A stretch of DNA of 64,000 nt, from NCBI GenBank assembly GCA_964438385.1, contig CAYTKI010000002.1:2219-66218 (forward strand), written 5' to 3'. This stretch comes from an uncultured Methanosarcinales archaeon. GTDB taxonomy: Archaea > Nanobdellota > Nanobdellia > Woesearchaeales > GW2011-AR4. The notes under the pieces are model-generated. The model ran no database searches and was not told the origin of the DNA. It saw only the letters and a program-made list of their open reading frames with translations. This document shows, one piece after another, positions 1-9,366 of the stretch. A program made the translations under genes and the position numbers. Numbering within the stretch: position 1 is the first letter of the stretch; each line of letters opens with the position of its first letter.

Positions 1-183
1 CGCATCAAGAAGGGCTGCAAGGTATGCGAGCACGGCGTCTCCTGCGCAAAATCCGCCCAATTGCTCAACATCTCCCAGTGGGAATTGATGCAGTACCTTG
101 GAAAGACAACGCAGTCTGATCAGTGGGCACCTGGCCATGATGTGAGGAACCGACTCAGGTTTGCAAGGGGCCTCTTCCCATGA
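1..183 (+). CDS. 3' end of a partial CDS, HTH/UPF0175-like antitoxin-type protein
   Basis: Frame 1 is open from the window edge: RIKKGCKVCEHGVSCAKSAQLLNISQWELMQYLGKT...LFP*. The 'AxLLxISxWE' HTH pattern is present, and the stop overlaps the PIN gene start (ATGA). Confidence 0.5.
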   Translation, partial: RIKKGCKVCEHGVSCAKSAQLLNISQWELMQYLGKTTQSDQWAPGHDVRNRLRFARGLFP

Positions 184-878
184 AAGCGCTCATTTTTGAT
201 TCCGGACCCATCATTAGCCTCACCCTCAATAATCTTCTCTGGCTGCTTCGCCCCCTCAAGGAGAAATTCAAAGGAGAGTTCTATATCACAAAAGCTGTCT
301 ATGGTGAGGTGATTGGCCATCCTCTTGAGACAAAAAGATTCAAGTTTGAGGCGTTTCAGGTGCTCAATCTGGTAAAGGACAAAACACTCAGGGTAATCGA
401 CTCACAGCAAATCCAAAAAAGGGCCGAAGCGCTCATGGAAACCGCGAACAGCATTTATTATCTGGGAGAGCAGCGCCTCAGGATGTTTCATTTTGCCGAG
501 ATGTCGGTGATGGCAGCAGCTGTAGAGCTTAAGGCCGAGGCAGCAGTCGTTGATGAGCAGATGACGCGAATCGTTTTGGAAAATCCAAATCGGGTCATTG
601 AGCTTCTCACCAAGCGCATGCACAGAAAGCCCTCGGTAAACACCCAAAATCTCCTAGCTCTCCAAAAGGAGCTTAGAGAGGTGAAAATCATCAGGAGCGC
701 GGAGCTTGCGGCAGTGGGTTATGAATTTGGGATGCTAGACCAGTTTGTCGCAGATTCTTCAGTGTTGAAACAGCCCCGCATGGAGCTGATTGACGCAATT
801 CTCTGGGGCCTGAAAATCAACGGCTGCGCAATTTCTGAGAAGGAGATAAAGCAGTTGGTGAAGATTGAGGGGAGGTGA
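180..878 (+). CDS. PIN-domain protein (COG2405-like)
   Basis: N-terminal LIFDSGPII, YITKAVYGEV, and later AE..VM / VVDE acidic PIN motifs. Confidence 0.7.
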   Translation: MKALIFDSGPIISLTLNNLLWLLRPLKEKFKGEFYITKAVYGEVIGHPLETKRFKFEAFQVLNLVKDKTLRVIDSQQIQKRAEALMETANSIYYLGEQRLRMFHFAEMSVMAAAVELKAEAAVVDEQMTRIVLENPNRVIELLTKRMHRKPSVNTQNLLALQKELREVKIIRSAELAAVGYEFGMLDQFVADSSVLKQPRMELIDAILWGLKINGCAISEKEIKQLVKIEGR

Positions 879-955
879 ATTAAGGTTTTTATTAACTGCG
901 CTGTTGCGCGGAACAGAGAGGGAAGCTTTTTAAGGAGAAATGCCAAAAAGTAGTC

Positions 956-2101
956 ATGGCTTTAGTAAGGGATGTATTTGATTTCTTGAGGAGAAAAAAG
1001 ATAAAGTCCCGCGAGGAGGAAATCCGTCATTTTTGGCATGACGTATCTCGATCCATTACAAGATCGCCTGTATTTGCGTTTGAAAAAAAAGAAGAGATTG
1101 AAAAAATCCTTGGGCTGATGAAGGAAATTGAACGATTGGGGATCTCCCAAAAAATACCCGGTTCTCCTCTTGGACCCATCACCCGCCAATTTGAATCCCT
1201 CTCTAAATCCATTGATGGCTCAACAGAATGGGCAAAAAAGGCAGATGATCAGGTGTCTTCTCTTTTGGGGTTCCTTGATGATTATTTTGAGCGCAAGCAG
1301 CCAATGCCCTCTTCATTTTCATTGACTAGGCGTGCAACCATTGCAGGCGCCGCAGGACTTCTTGCCTCCTCAATGAATCTGCCTGGAAGGGCATTTGCAA
1401 ATACGGCGCCACTGAAAATTGTGCTTGATGATGCGGGCGCCCATAAGGACTCCATTGCCCATCTAAAGGCCCTTCAGGAAAAGGGCTATCCACTTACCAT
1501 TGCCGTACTGCCATACAACCACTATAAGAACGCACTTGAAATCCTATCTATCTATCCTCAGGCAAGCATTTTTCTTCACCAACCCATGGAACCAATTGAT
1601 ATGGTGAAACGCGGGCTTGAGACCTTTGTTGAGCCGAATAGGCATTCTCCAGATAGGACGGGAATGTATGTAACAGATGAGCCAGAAGCCTGCGTTAAAA
1701 TCATCGAACGCAATATTGGCATTCTCAATGATGAATTGGGGAAGAAGGGAGGGGAAAAAATTATCGGTTTCAATAACCATACGGGGAGCTTGCTCACACA
1801 ATCAAAGCCTCACATGAGCGCTCTTGCGCACTATGCAAGGAAGAACAACCTTCTTGTGCTTGATTCGAGGACGATTGCCTCAACTGTGCTTTATGAAGAG
1901 GCAATCAATGCAGGAGCCAGAGCATCCTTTCGCAACTACCCCTTTATCGATGATGGAACCGCAACCCACCTCCACATATGCGCAGAGCATGCCCGGAGAG
2001 GGGAAGTGATGATCCCCATCGGGCATATTCAAAAGAAGCCCACGGTCATGGGAATCCTTGAGATGGATAAAGACAAACCTTTGCTTGGAACACTTCAATG
2101 A
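956..2101 (+). CDS. Divergent polysaccharide deacetylase (YibQ-like) with N-terminal extension
   Basis: IVLDDAG, PLTIAVLP, LHQPMEP, GFNNHTGS and LVLDSRT match Polysacc_deac_2. An internal TRRATIAGAAGLLA..AFA segment precedes the domain. Confidence 0.8.
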   Translation: MALVRDVFDFLRRKKIKSREEEIRHFWHDVSRSITRSPVFAFEKKEEIEKILGLMKEIERLGISQKIPGSPLGPITRQFESLSKSIDGSTEWAKKADDQVSSLLGFLDDYFERKQPMPSSFSLTRRATIAGAAGLLASSMNLPGRAFANTAPLKIVLDDAGAHKDSIAHLKALQEKGYPLTIAVLPYNHYKNALEILSIYPQASIFLHQPMEPIDMVKRGLETFVEPNRHSPDRTGMYVTDEPEACVKIIERNIGILNDELGKKGGEKIIGFNNHTGSLLTQSKPHMSALAHYARKNNLLVLDSRTIASTVLYEEAINAGARASFRNYPFIDDGTATHLHICAEHARRGEVMIPIGHIQKKPTVMGILEMDKDKPLLGTLQ

Positions 2102-2208
2102 TCTCCAAGAAATAATCACGAGTATTTTGACTCACAAGGATCTTGAAAATTAGTTTCTATGGATTCTAATCACTGTGATAATAAATTTTCTCCCTGCTAT
2201 TTGCCATT

Positions 2209-5200
2209 CTAGCCGCCTTTACTTGAAGAAACTGATGCGAGCTTTGCCATTTGGCCATTGGCCCCGTAATAATTTGCAATCCCTTGAGTGACTCTTCCGG
2301 CATATCTTTCCACTGCTTGCTTATATTCCGGACTATTCTTATCAAATGAGGGAACTGTCCCCTCAACAATTATCCCTCCGCTTGTTGTGGGCGCCCTATT
2401 TGCGGCATTTTGCATGGGATACCATCTCATTTGATTTGCAATTGCATTTGCGAGCGCAATCTGGTTATGGGCAATCACCCCTTCTGGGGCTTTTAATTTC
2501 TCACTGTTCCGTTCACCATGTATCTCGATAGGAGGAGTACCGGTCCTTGCAAGCTCTGAGATTTTTTTGCCATATTCATTCCAATCGGAAAAATCCTCCT
2601 GCTTAAGAATTCTGAAAGGAATCCCTTTCTCCATTAAATTTTGAGCAGTCAAGGCAACCACATCTTTGACAAACTCTGCTTCCCTAGGAGCACCTCCTAC
2701 CACACCTGGATGGATCGAATGACCTGCAACAAGAACTACGGGAGTTTCTGCGCTTATCTCCACATTATTCCTCGGTATTTCTCCTTGAATGAGCAAATCC
2801 TGCCCTCTACCAATTCTTGCATTAGGTGAGATCCCATTTCTTTCGGCCAATTCTCCAATATCTACATTAAATTTTTGAGCGACGTTTTCCAAACTCTCGC
2901 CATTTTTTACCCGATAATAATATTTGTCTTCTCCCTCTTCTCGATTAAGTGAAAACGTCCCATCATCATACGTCTTGCCAACCACCGTCTTGCGTAGCAT
3001 ATGGGCACCAACAATTTTTTTCTCCGGTGAAGGGGAGATAGCACTTGGAGATTCTTGAGCAGGTTCCGCATCAGTATTGCTTGCCTCGCTTTCTATGGGT
3101 TTTCTCTCCTCCCCCCTCAGTTGCGCCATCAGCTGAATGAGAGCATCATCTCTTTTCTTTTTAATTTCCGCATCAGCATCCGCTACCCGATCCATTTCTC
3201 TTACTTGGGCGAGCATCTCCTCAAATTTTTTTATTTTAGATGGATCACTTCCCCTTGCTTCTCTCATTCCATCAATGGCCTTTTGAGCGTCATTCAATTT
3301 TGCCCCCGCATCATTCTGCTTAATTGCTGCTGCCTGCGCTTCCTCTTCATCCCTGCTTAGCGCATCTCCTCCAACTACTCCAAGCGCCTGCACCTTTGCA
3401 CCTGCCCTTTTTTCTTCTTGTTCAACCATATTCAACTTTTTATTTAAGCTATCTAATTCCTCACTAACTTTTTGTTGAGCTTCTGAATGGGCTTTTATCC
3501 TGCGCTCAAGATCTTCCGCCTCCTTTAGAGCCTCTTGCACTCTTTCCAATGTCTGCAAAAATTGAGCCTCTCCATCTACCTTTTTTATAGCATTTTCTCT
3601 TAGAACCCTATCATTTTCAAGATCTGCAATTAATTGCTTGTTCGCCGTTATCTCCCTCTTATCGGCATCCTCTCTTTTTGCGCTTTTATCTTCTCCTGGT
3701 TTTTCTGTTTGCGCAATCCTCTCCTCATAATCTCTGACAAAATCAGGGTCCCCTCTTCCTGCGCTTTTTATTTCTGCTATCATCTTCTGTCCTTGCGCCC
3801 GCATATCTGCCATTGCCTTCCCTTTTTCTGCTTCCGCCCGTTCAAATTGCCTAAATTCCCTCTCCAGCGCAATTCCATCTTTTTGATACTTTTTTGCCAA
3901 TTCATCAGAAATACCTGCAAGAGTGGTTGCCTCATAGTACCACCTGTTGAATTCTTCCAATACTTCAGCGGAACTGCCCTCACTTGGGGAAACCCTAACA
4001 CTTTTTGTTTCAGCTGCCTGAACCGGGGGGGCCGCCTGACTCGGAGACGCCGGGACCGCCACTTCTTGCGCTGCATCATATTCTTGCCTTGGCTGATTTT
4101 CCGATTTTTTCGCTGTTTGGACCTCTGCGTCAATACTCTCACTTTGAGGGGTATTGTCTCCTACCGCGGGAATTTGAGGTTGCATAGCAGTAATATAGAT
4201 GGACTTTAATTCCAAAGGAAGAATTTGTGCAAAACTTCTCCCAACTTGTGCGACTTGAATAGTCTCGTCCTGCTTTAGCGGGAGAATGATCTGCTGTCCC
4301 ACTCTTATTTTATTTGGATTAGTTATTGAAGGATTAAGATTGGTGATATCGGCGATTGTTATTCCATTATCCCTCGCGATTTTTGTGAGCGTGTCCTCTC
4401 TCTTGACAAAATAGCTTTCACTTCCTTCAAGCTCCACTACTCTTTCAGTAGATCGCTCCACTTTTCTTGTTGAGATTTTCTCAACTTCTCCTTTTACACT
4501 GATAGTTGCTTCAGGTGTTGCATCACTTATCTGTTTATACTGTGTATTCCCATCATCCTGTTTCCAAAATTCCATCTTTGCGGATCCCTCCTCATACTCT
4601 GCAACCCTTTGGGTCACTTTTGAGGTGCTCACAATATCAACCTTTTTGAGCAAATTTCTCTCTACAGGCAGAAGAGGCTTTGCTGAAATCCCGCCTCTCA
4701 CTTCCTCTTCCGCTCCAACTCCTTGATTGATTATCCTTAAGAGATTCCCTTCCCCAAGCCGTGCCTGAAGAGAACCACTTTCTCTTGAATATGTAATCTC
4801 ATCATCAAATCCTCCGCTCTTGCCAAAATCTGAATAAATGATCCCTCTTGGCGCATTCTTGGCAACTAGAGTGAACGCCTCGAAAGGAATGTTTCCCATC
4901 CGCTCAATTTTGGTAAATGATGTCCCTTCCTGCAATCTTAACCTTCCTATCTCTTGCCCAACAGAAACCTTTCCAATGAACTCGGCATATTTTTCCTGAT
5001 TTGCCCCTTCTCCACGAAACATGGTCACTTTTCGGTTTAGAGTTTCACTTGCAACCACAATCTCAGTCGGATTTGATTGCCCAACCGATAGCCCTTCTTC
5101 ACTTGAGGCGGCAAATATATTCCCGCCAAAGGCAAACCGGCCAACTCCCCCTCCATCGTTTTTAATCAGCAGTTTTCCGCCACCTAGCTCAGAAGGGGAT

Positions 5201-5943
5201 GAAATGGATGTCAATCCTCCACGAACAGAAAAAATTACCTCCTTAAATTCATCACTCCTTGCGCCGGCCCCTCCTGGAGTTGACATAGGGAGGTATTCCA
5301 CTGCGTTCTCATTTTTTTGCAGTTCAATATGCGCCCCGTTGCCGATCTTAAGGCCGGATGGAAATAGAAGCGTGCCATCCGCAAGAAGAGCTGCTTTCTT
5401 GCCTTCTGGCAATAAGCTTTGGATATTATCAATGTTAAATGCACTCATTACTTGGTTTTGGTTTCCCCCCTTCGAGGTCTTCACTTCCCCCTCTTTCCCA
5501 TAGGAATGGAGACGCCCTCCTTGATCCTCAATACCTTTGCTTTCAAGATATTTTTTCTTGATTTCCGGGTGATTATTGAAGACCGCTGCACCAAACCCCT
5601 CTGAACTTCTCTCTCTTGCAAAATTCTCTATTCTCTTTAAGGCATCAGGATCTACCTGAGCAGGATTCGAGTTGAATGCAGCGAGCATCTTGTAGGCATT
5701 CTTGTCATTTGAAAATCCGGCAGTCCGGATGTTTGGATCCTTTAGGAGGGAGGAGTCTTTTCTAATAGCTTCAAAAGCGCTATTCGGATCTGATGTAAAC
5801 ATTCCACTTGGATTTGCCAGAAAATCCTCCTTGAATTTTTCATCATTGGATTTGCCGATGGTTTCATCTATTTCTGCCGCGAAAGCGAGAACTGGCAGCG
5901 CAAAGAGCACAATAATCATCAGAATAGCAGCCCTGTTTCTCAT
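2209..5943 (-). CDS. Secreted protein with two LysM domains, a coiled coil and a C-terminal N-acetylmuramoyl-L-alanine amidase (Amidase_3)-like domain
   Basis: Sec signal peptide ending AFA. LysM1 YFVKREDTLTKIARDNG..NPNKIRVGQQIILP; LysM2 YRVKNGESLENVAQKFNV..IGRGQDLLI. C-terminal VLVAGH..REAE..IEIH..IIVEG..GIANY follows the Amidase_3 His/Glu/His/Glu pattern. Confidence 0.82.
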   Translation of the reverse strand: MRNRAAILMIIVLFALPVLAFAAEIDETIGKSNDEKFKEDFLANPSGMFTSDPNSAFEAIRKDSSLLKDPNIRTAGFSNDKNAYKMLAAFNSNPAQVDPDALKRIENFARERSSEGFGAAVFNNHPEIKKKYLESKGIEDQGGRLHSYGKEGEVKTSKGGNQNQVMSAFNIDNIQSLLPEGKKAALLADGTLLFPSGLKIGNGAHIELQKNENAVEYLPMSTPGGAGARSDEFKEVIFSVRGGLTSISSPSELGGGKLLIKNDGGGVGRFAFGGNIFAASSEEGLSVGQSNPTEIVVASETLNRKVTMFRGEGANQEKYAEFIGKVSVGQEIGRLRLQEGTSFTKIERMGNIPFEAFTLVAKNAPRGIIYSDFGKSGGFDDEITYSRESGSLQARLGEGNLLRIINQGVGAEEEVRGGISAKPLLPVERNLLKKVDIVSTSKVTQRVAEYEEGSAKMEFWKQDDGNTQYKQISDATPEATISVKGEVEKISTRKVERSTERVVELEGSESYFVKREDTLTKIARDNGITIADITNLNPSITNPNKIRVGQQIILPLKQDETIQVAQVGRSFAQILPLELKSIYITAMQPQIPAVGDNTPQSESIDAEVQTAKKSENQPRQEYDAAQEVAVPASPSQAAPPVQAAETKSVRVSPSEGSSAEVLEEFNRWYYEATTLAGISDELAKKYQKDGIALEREFRQFERAEAEKGKAMADMRAQGQKMIAEIKSAGRGDPDFVRDYEERIAQTEKPGEDKSAKREDADKREITANKQLIADLENDRVLRENAIKKVDGEAQFLQTLERVQEALKEAEDLERRIKAHSEAQQKVSEELDSLNKKLNMVEQEEKRAGAKVQALGVVGGDALSRDEEEAQAAAIKQNDAGAKLNDAQKAIDGMREARGSDPSKIKKFEEMLAQVREMDRVADADAEIKKKRDDALIQLMAQLRGEERKPIESEASNTDAEPAQESPSAISPSPEKKIVGAHMLRKTVVGKTYDDGTFSLNREEGEDKYYYRVKNGESLENVAQKFNVDIGELAERNGISPNARIGRGQDLLIQGEIPRNNVEISAETPVVLVAGHSIHPGVVGGAPREAEFVKDVVALTAQNLMEKGIPFRILKQEDFSDWNEYGKKISELARTGTPPIEIHGERNSEKLKAPEGVIAHNQIALANAIANQMRWYPMQNAANRAPTTSGGIIVEGTVPSFDKNSPEYKQAVERYAGRVTQGIANYYGANGQMAKLASVSSSKGG

Positions 5944-7244
5944 TGGATATCAACCTTCCACCACAACACATCTTCCCCATATGGATTGATTGCGGTGATC
6001 TTTACATAGTAACTGCCCTTCTGTGTCGGGGTAAAGTTTATTTTTCCACTCAGAGGGTGAATATCAAAAAAAGGAGAGTCATCCAGGAATACCACTTTGC
6101 CAGCCGACCCATTCAAAAGCCCGGCTTCATATTCCACCAACTCTCCGACGCTTCCTGAATAGTTTGCCATTTCCCTGAGAAGAGGGGGGTTTTCTCCCTT
6201 ATTGATCGTTAGTTCAAGAAGAGTGTCCCCCATATTCCCTTGACCATCTTGGACCTCAATCAGCACAAAATCCTCGCGATCCTCAAGATTTGCAGGATTG
6301 ATCGCGAATTCTCCCGTGTTGGGGTTGATATCCACTATCTCTGAATGGCTTACGAAATGAAGATCGCTTCCCTTAGCGATTATCCGCGAAAGATATGCGT
6401 CATTTGATGTGAGCAACACCGGAGGATGGCTTTCCACAGCAATTCTTCTCTTTTGTGGGGTGCTCGAATTCCAATCAAATCTCTCGGCAAACCCAAAAAC
6501 CTTTGTTTGCTTATCAGAATCGTTGAATATTATCCCGAATGCGAATTTTCCGCCCCCAAAACTTTGCTGCTCAAATGAGAAATTCCCTTCCTTTGCCATT
6601 CTTGCAAGCGAGGAGAGGGGGATCCCATCAGGAAATTCCTCTTGTTCGACCATGAATCCTGAAAGGGCGAGGCGCACCTTTTCAAGCACTGTTTTCTGCT
6701 CAATGATGAAATTAGACATTTTAATCTCTTCCCCCTCATAGGAAAACGTGATCGGATAGTGAAGAGAAACAGTGAGCGCATCAGTTGTGAGCAATGAAGA
6801 TACCCTCTCCATTTTTCCCTTGATATCCATGCCTCTCTTCCTGAAGGGGATAAACCCCCCAATACATTCATCGAGATGATCTTCCACATAGGAGGAGATG
6901 GCAATCTCCATACTTTCCTTAGTTGCAAGATTTGAGCCATTCCCTTCCCACACATAGGGCAGACCAATAGAATAATACTCCAATGTGTTTTCTCCAGAAG
7001 GATACTCTCCACCCCTGATCGCGACCTCCGCTATGGATTTTTTCACGGTACTTCTCAGGCATTGCTCCACAAAAAGAGAAATTGGCGCTGCCTTCTCTGA
7101 TGATTGAAGGGCAGAGGAATCAGACTTTTCTTGCGCAGCTCCCCTCGCATCTGATTTGAGGAGTAGATAGGTGCCTACCATAGTGAGAAGGAGCACAATA
7201 ATTATGAGGAATATGCTCATTTGGCCTATTTTATTCTTTTGCAT
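5940..7244 (-). CDS. Class III signal (type IV pilin-like) surface protein with C-terminal Ig/cadherin-like repeats
   Basis: MQKNKIG|QMSIFLIIIVLLL prepilin-like N-terminus. Two INPxTGxFxxxP-type cadherin-like units. Its stop overlaps the start of the LysM-amidase gene. Start moved to M27 of the ORF-track call. Confidence 0.68.
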   Translation of the reverse strand: MQKNKIGQMSIFLIIIVLLLTMVGTYLLLKSDARGAAQEKSDSSALQSSEKAAPISLFVEQCLRSTVKKSIAEVAIRGGEYPSGENTLEYYSIGLPYVWEGNGSNLATKESMEIAISSYVEDHLDECIGGFIPFRKRGMDIKGKMERVSSLLTTDALTVSLHYPITFSYEGEEIKMSNFIIEQKTVLEKVRLALSGFMVEQEEFPDGIPLSSLARMAKEGNFSFEQQSFGGGKFAFGIIFNDSDKQTKVFGFAERFDWNSSTPQKRRIAVESHPPVLLTSNDAYLSRIIAKGSDLHFVSHSEIVDINPNTGEFAINPANLEDREDFVLIEVQDGQGNMGDTLLELTINKGENPPLLREMANYSGSVGELVEYEAGLLNGSAGKVVFLDDSPFFDIHPLSGKINFTPTQKGSYYVKITAINPYGEDVLWWKVDIQ

Positions 7245-7499
7245 AGCCTTCTGTCCATATTCTTTCATGCATATATAAACTTTTTTTATAGGATTCTTCC
7301 AATACGCGCAAAGAAAACTCATTTATGCGCGTTGATGTTTTTTAAGAGATTACTCTCCCTGGGAAAAGGAGATCAATTGATTGGAAGTGACAATTTTCCA
7401 CATCAGGAACTAAAAAATGAAATCAAAAACTTTGCAATGTCCTTCTCTTGAGCATACCCTCACAAATCTTTATAAACTTCTTTTCGTCCCGAAGATTGG

Positions 7500-9035
7500 G
7501 TGGATGCGATAGCAATCAAAGGCCAGATCATATCAGGAGAGTTCGGAAGGATAGTCATGCGCCAGAAGGCCGGCCAAAACATCGAAATTGGAGAGCTTCT
7601 GGTATGTGAGGTGGGAAATGAGAAGGTCCTTCTGCAGGCCTATGATCTGCTCTATGGCTCGCAGATTTCCCAGCAGAACCTTGAGCTGATAGCGGGCATG
7701 CGGCTCGAAGAAGATCTCAAGACTGAATTTATGGATGCAGAATTGAGAAACTACCATCTTGCGCTCTTAAAGCCGGTGGTGAGCATCATCAAAGGAAAGC
7801 CCGCGCTTTCCAAATCCCTTCCCCCTTTTTTCTCATCAGTGAGGGAAATAACAGAAGATGATGTTTCATTCCTTTTATTCCCCAAGAACCCGTTTTATGT
7901 GGGTAAATTGCGCTCCGGATCAAAGATGCTCAATGTGGATATCGCATTGCCGGGAGAAAAAGTGCTCTCGCATCATGTGCTGATTGCAGGGACGACAGGC
8001 AGGGGAAAATCAAATCTCATCTCCAATCTGCTCTGGAACTCAGTTGGGAAGGAATACTGCGGGATTTTGGTGCTTGATCCGCATGATGAGTATTATGGTA
8101 GAGACCGCCCAGGGCTCAAGGATCATCCTTCCGGAAAAATCACTTATTACACCGCGAAAAATCCCCCAACAGGCGCAAGGACGCTTCGCATAAATATTGA
8201 AGTCATTAGGCCCCATCATCTGGAGGGAGTCGTGCAGTTTTCAGATGCGCAGAGGCAGGCATTGAACCTCTATCACAAGGAATATGGCGACCAGTGGATT
8301 GAAGCGGTTATTTTGGAGAAGCCGCTGAGTATCGAAGGCCTCTTCAAGGGGGATACGCTTGCGGTCGTTAAGAGAAGACTGCTCTACCTGCTGGACCTTG
8401 ATTTTGTGAACAATCAGCTTTTTTGCAACGGCGTCTTTGCGCTGAATGCCGGCTCAACAATTATATCGGACATAATCAAGGATCTTGAGTCGGGAAAAAT
8501 AGTCATCATTGACACGTCAAGCTTTTCAGGTGCGGTAGAGCTCCTCATCGGAAGCCTGGTTGCCCATGAATTGTTCAACAAGTACAGGTACTACAAGATG
8601 GAAGGCATGGCAAAGGATAAGCCGGTTATCTCCATTGTCCTTGAGGAAGCGCCGCGCGTCCTTGGCAAGGATGTGCTTGAGAAGGGAAGCAACATCTTTG
8701 CAACAATCGCGCGCGAAGGAAGGAAATTCAAGGTAGGGCTTATGGCCATCACCCAACTGCCATCCCTCATTCCAAGGGAGATTTTGGCGAACATGAACAC
8801 AAAGATTATCCTTGGCATTGAGATGAAGCCGGAGCGGCAGGCAATCATCGAGAGCGCGGCGCAGGACCTTAGCGAGCACGACCGCACCATCGCATCGCTT
8901 GATATCGGCGAGGCGCTAGTTACAAGCAACTTTGCAAGTTTCGCAATGCCGGTGAAGATCCCTTTCTTTGAGGATGTGGTGAAGCTCTCAAAAAAGCAGC
9001 AGGGGCATGCGGTCTCTTTTAGTGAGCTGGGATAG
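7500..9035 (+). CDS. herA: HerA-family bipolar DNA helicase/ATPase
   Basis: N-terminal HAS domain, Walker [39 protein letters not shown]. Confidence 0.9.
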   Translation: MDAIAIKGQIISGEFGRIVMRQKAGQNIEIGELLVCEVGNEKVLLQAYDLLYGSQISQQNLELIAGMRLEEDLKTEFMDAELRNYHLALLKPVVSIIKGKPALSKSLPPFFSSVREITEDDVSFLLFPKNPFYVGKLRSGSKMLNVDIALPGEKVLSHHVLIAGTTGRGKSNLISNLLWNSVGKEYCGILVLDPHDEYYGRDRPGLKDHPSGKITYYTAKNPPTGARTLRINIEVIRPHHLEGVVQFSDAQRQALNLYHKEYGDQWIEAVILEKPLSIEGLFKGDTLAVVKRRLLYLLDLDFVNNQLFCNGVFALNAGSTIISDIIKDLESGKIVIIDTSSFSGAVELLIGSLVAHELFNKYRYYKMEGMAKDKPVISIVLEEAPRVLGKDVLEKGSNIFATIAREGRKFKVGLMAITQLPSLIPREILANMNTKIILGIEMKPERQAIIESAAQDLSEHDRTIASLDIGEALVTSNFASFAMPVKIPFFEDVVKLSKKQQGHAVSFSELG

Positions 9036-9111
9036 TAAAAAATACCCTTTATTTTTTGATTTCCGCAATTCTTAAATAGTTTGCCCTCAATGTATTTTTT
9101 AGGTGAAAGGC

Positions 9112-9291
9112 ATGGAAGAAACCCCAAAGGATGATGAGCCCGTTGCCCCTGATGAGCACGTGGAAGATGATGTGTATGATGTTGAAGAAGTCGAAAAAGA
9201 GCTTGAGGATGACGAGCTGACCGGGAAAGAAGCCGGCTTCATGGAAGGGTATGACAAGGACCGCAACAAGGAGAAGCAGAAGCACCAGTAG
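9112..9291 (+). CDS. Small, highly acidic protein (59 aa)
   Basis: AGGTGA RBS before the ATG at 9112; 24 of 59 residues are D/E; C-terminal GFMEGY motif. Confidence 0.7.
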   Translation: MEETPKDDEPVAPDEHVEDDVYDVEEVEKELEDDELTGKEAGFMEGYDKDRNKEKQKHQ

Positions 9292-9366
9292 CGATTATCT
9301 CTCATTTTTAGGATTATTTTTATTTTTCCCATCATATTTATAAAACAAATAAGCTTTCTTGGATGC

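Noticed and set aside
3070-3960. SMC/Rad50 identity for the coiled coil of the 1244-aa protein
   Set aside because: No Walker motifs or Zn hook; the protein has a signal peptide and LysM domains.
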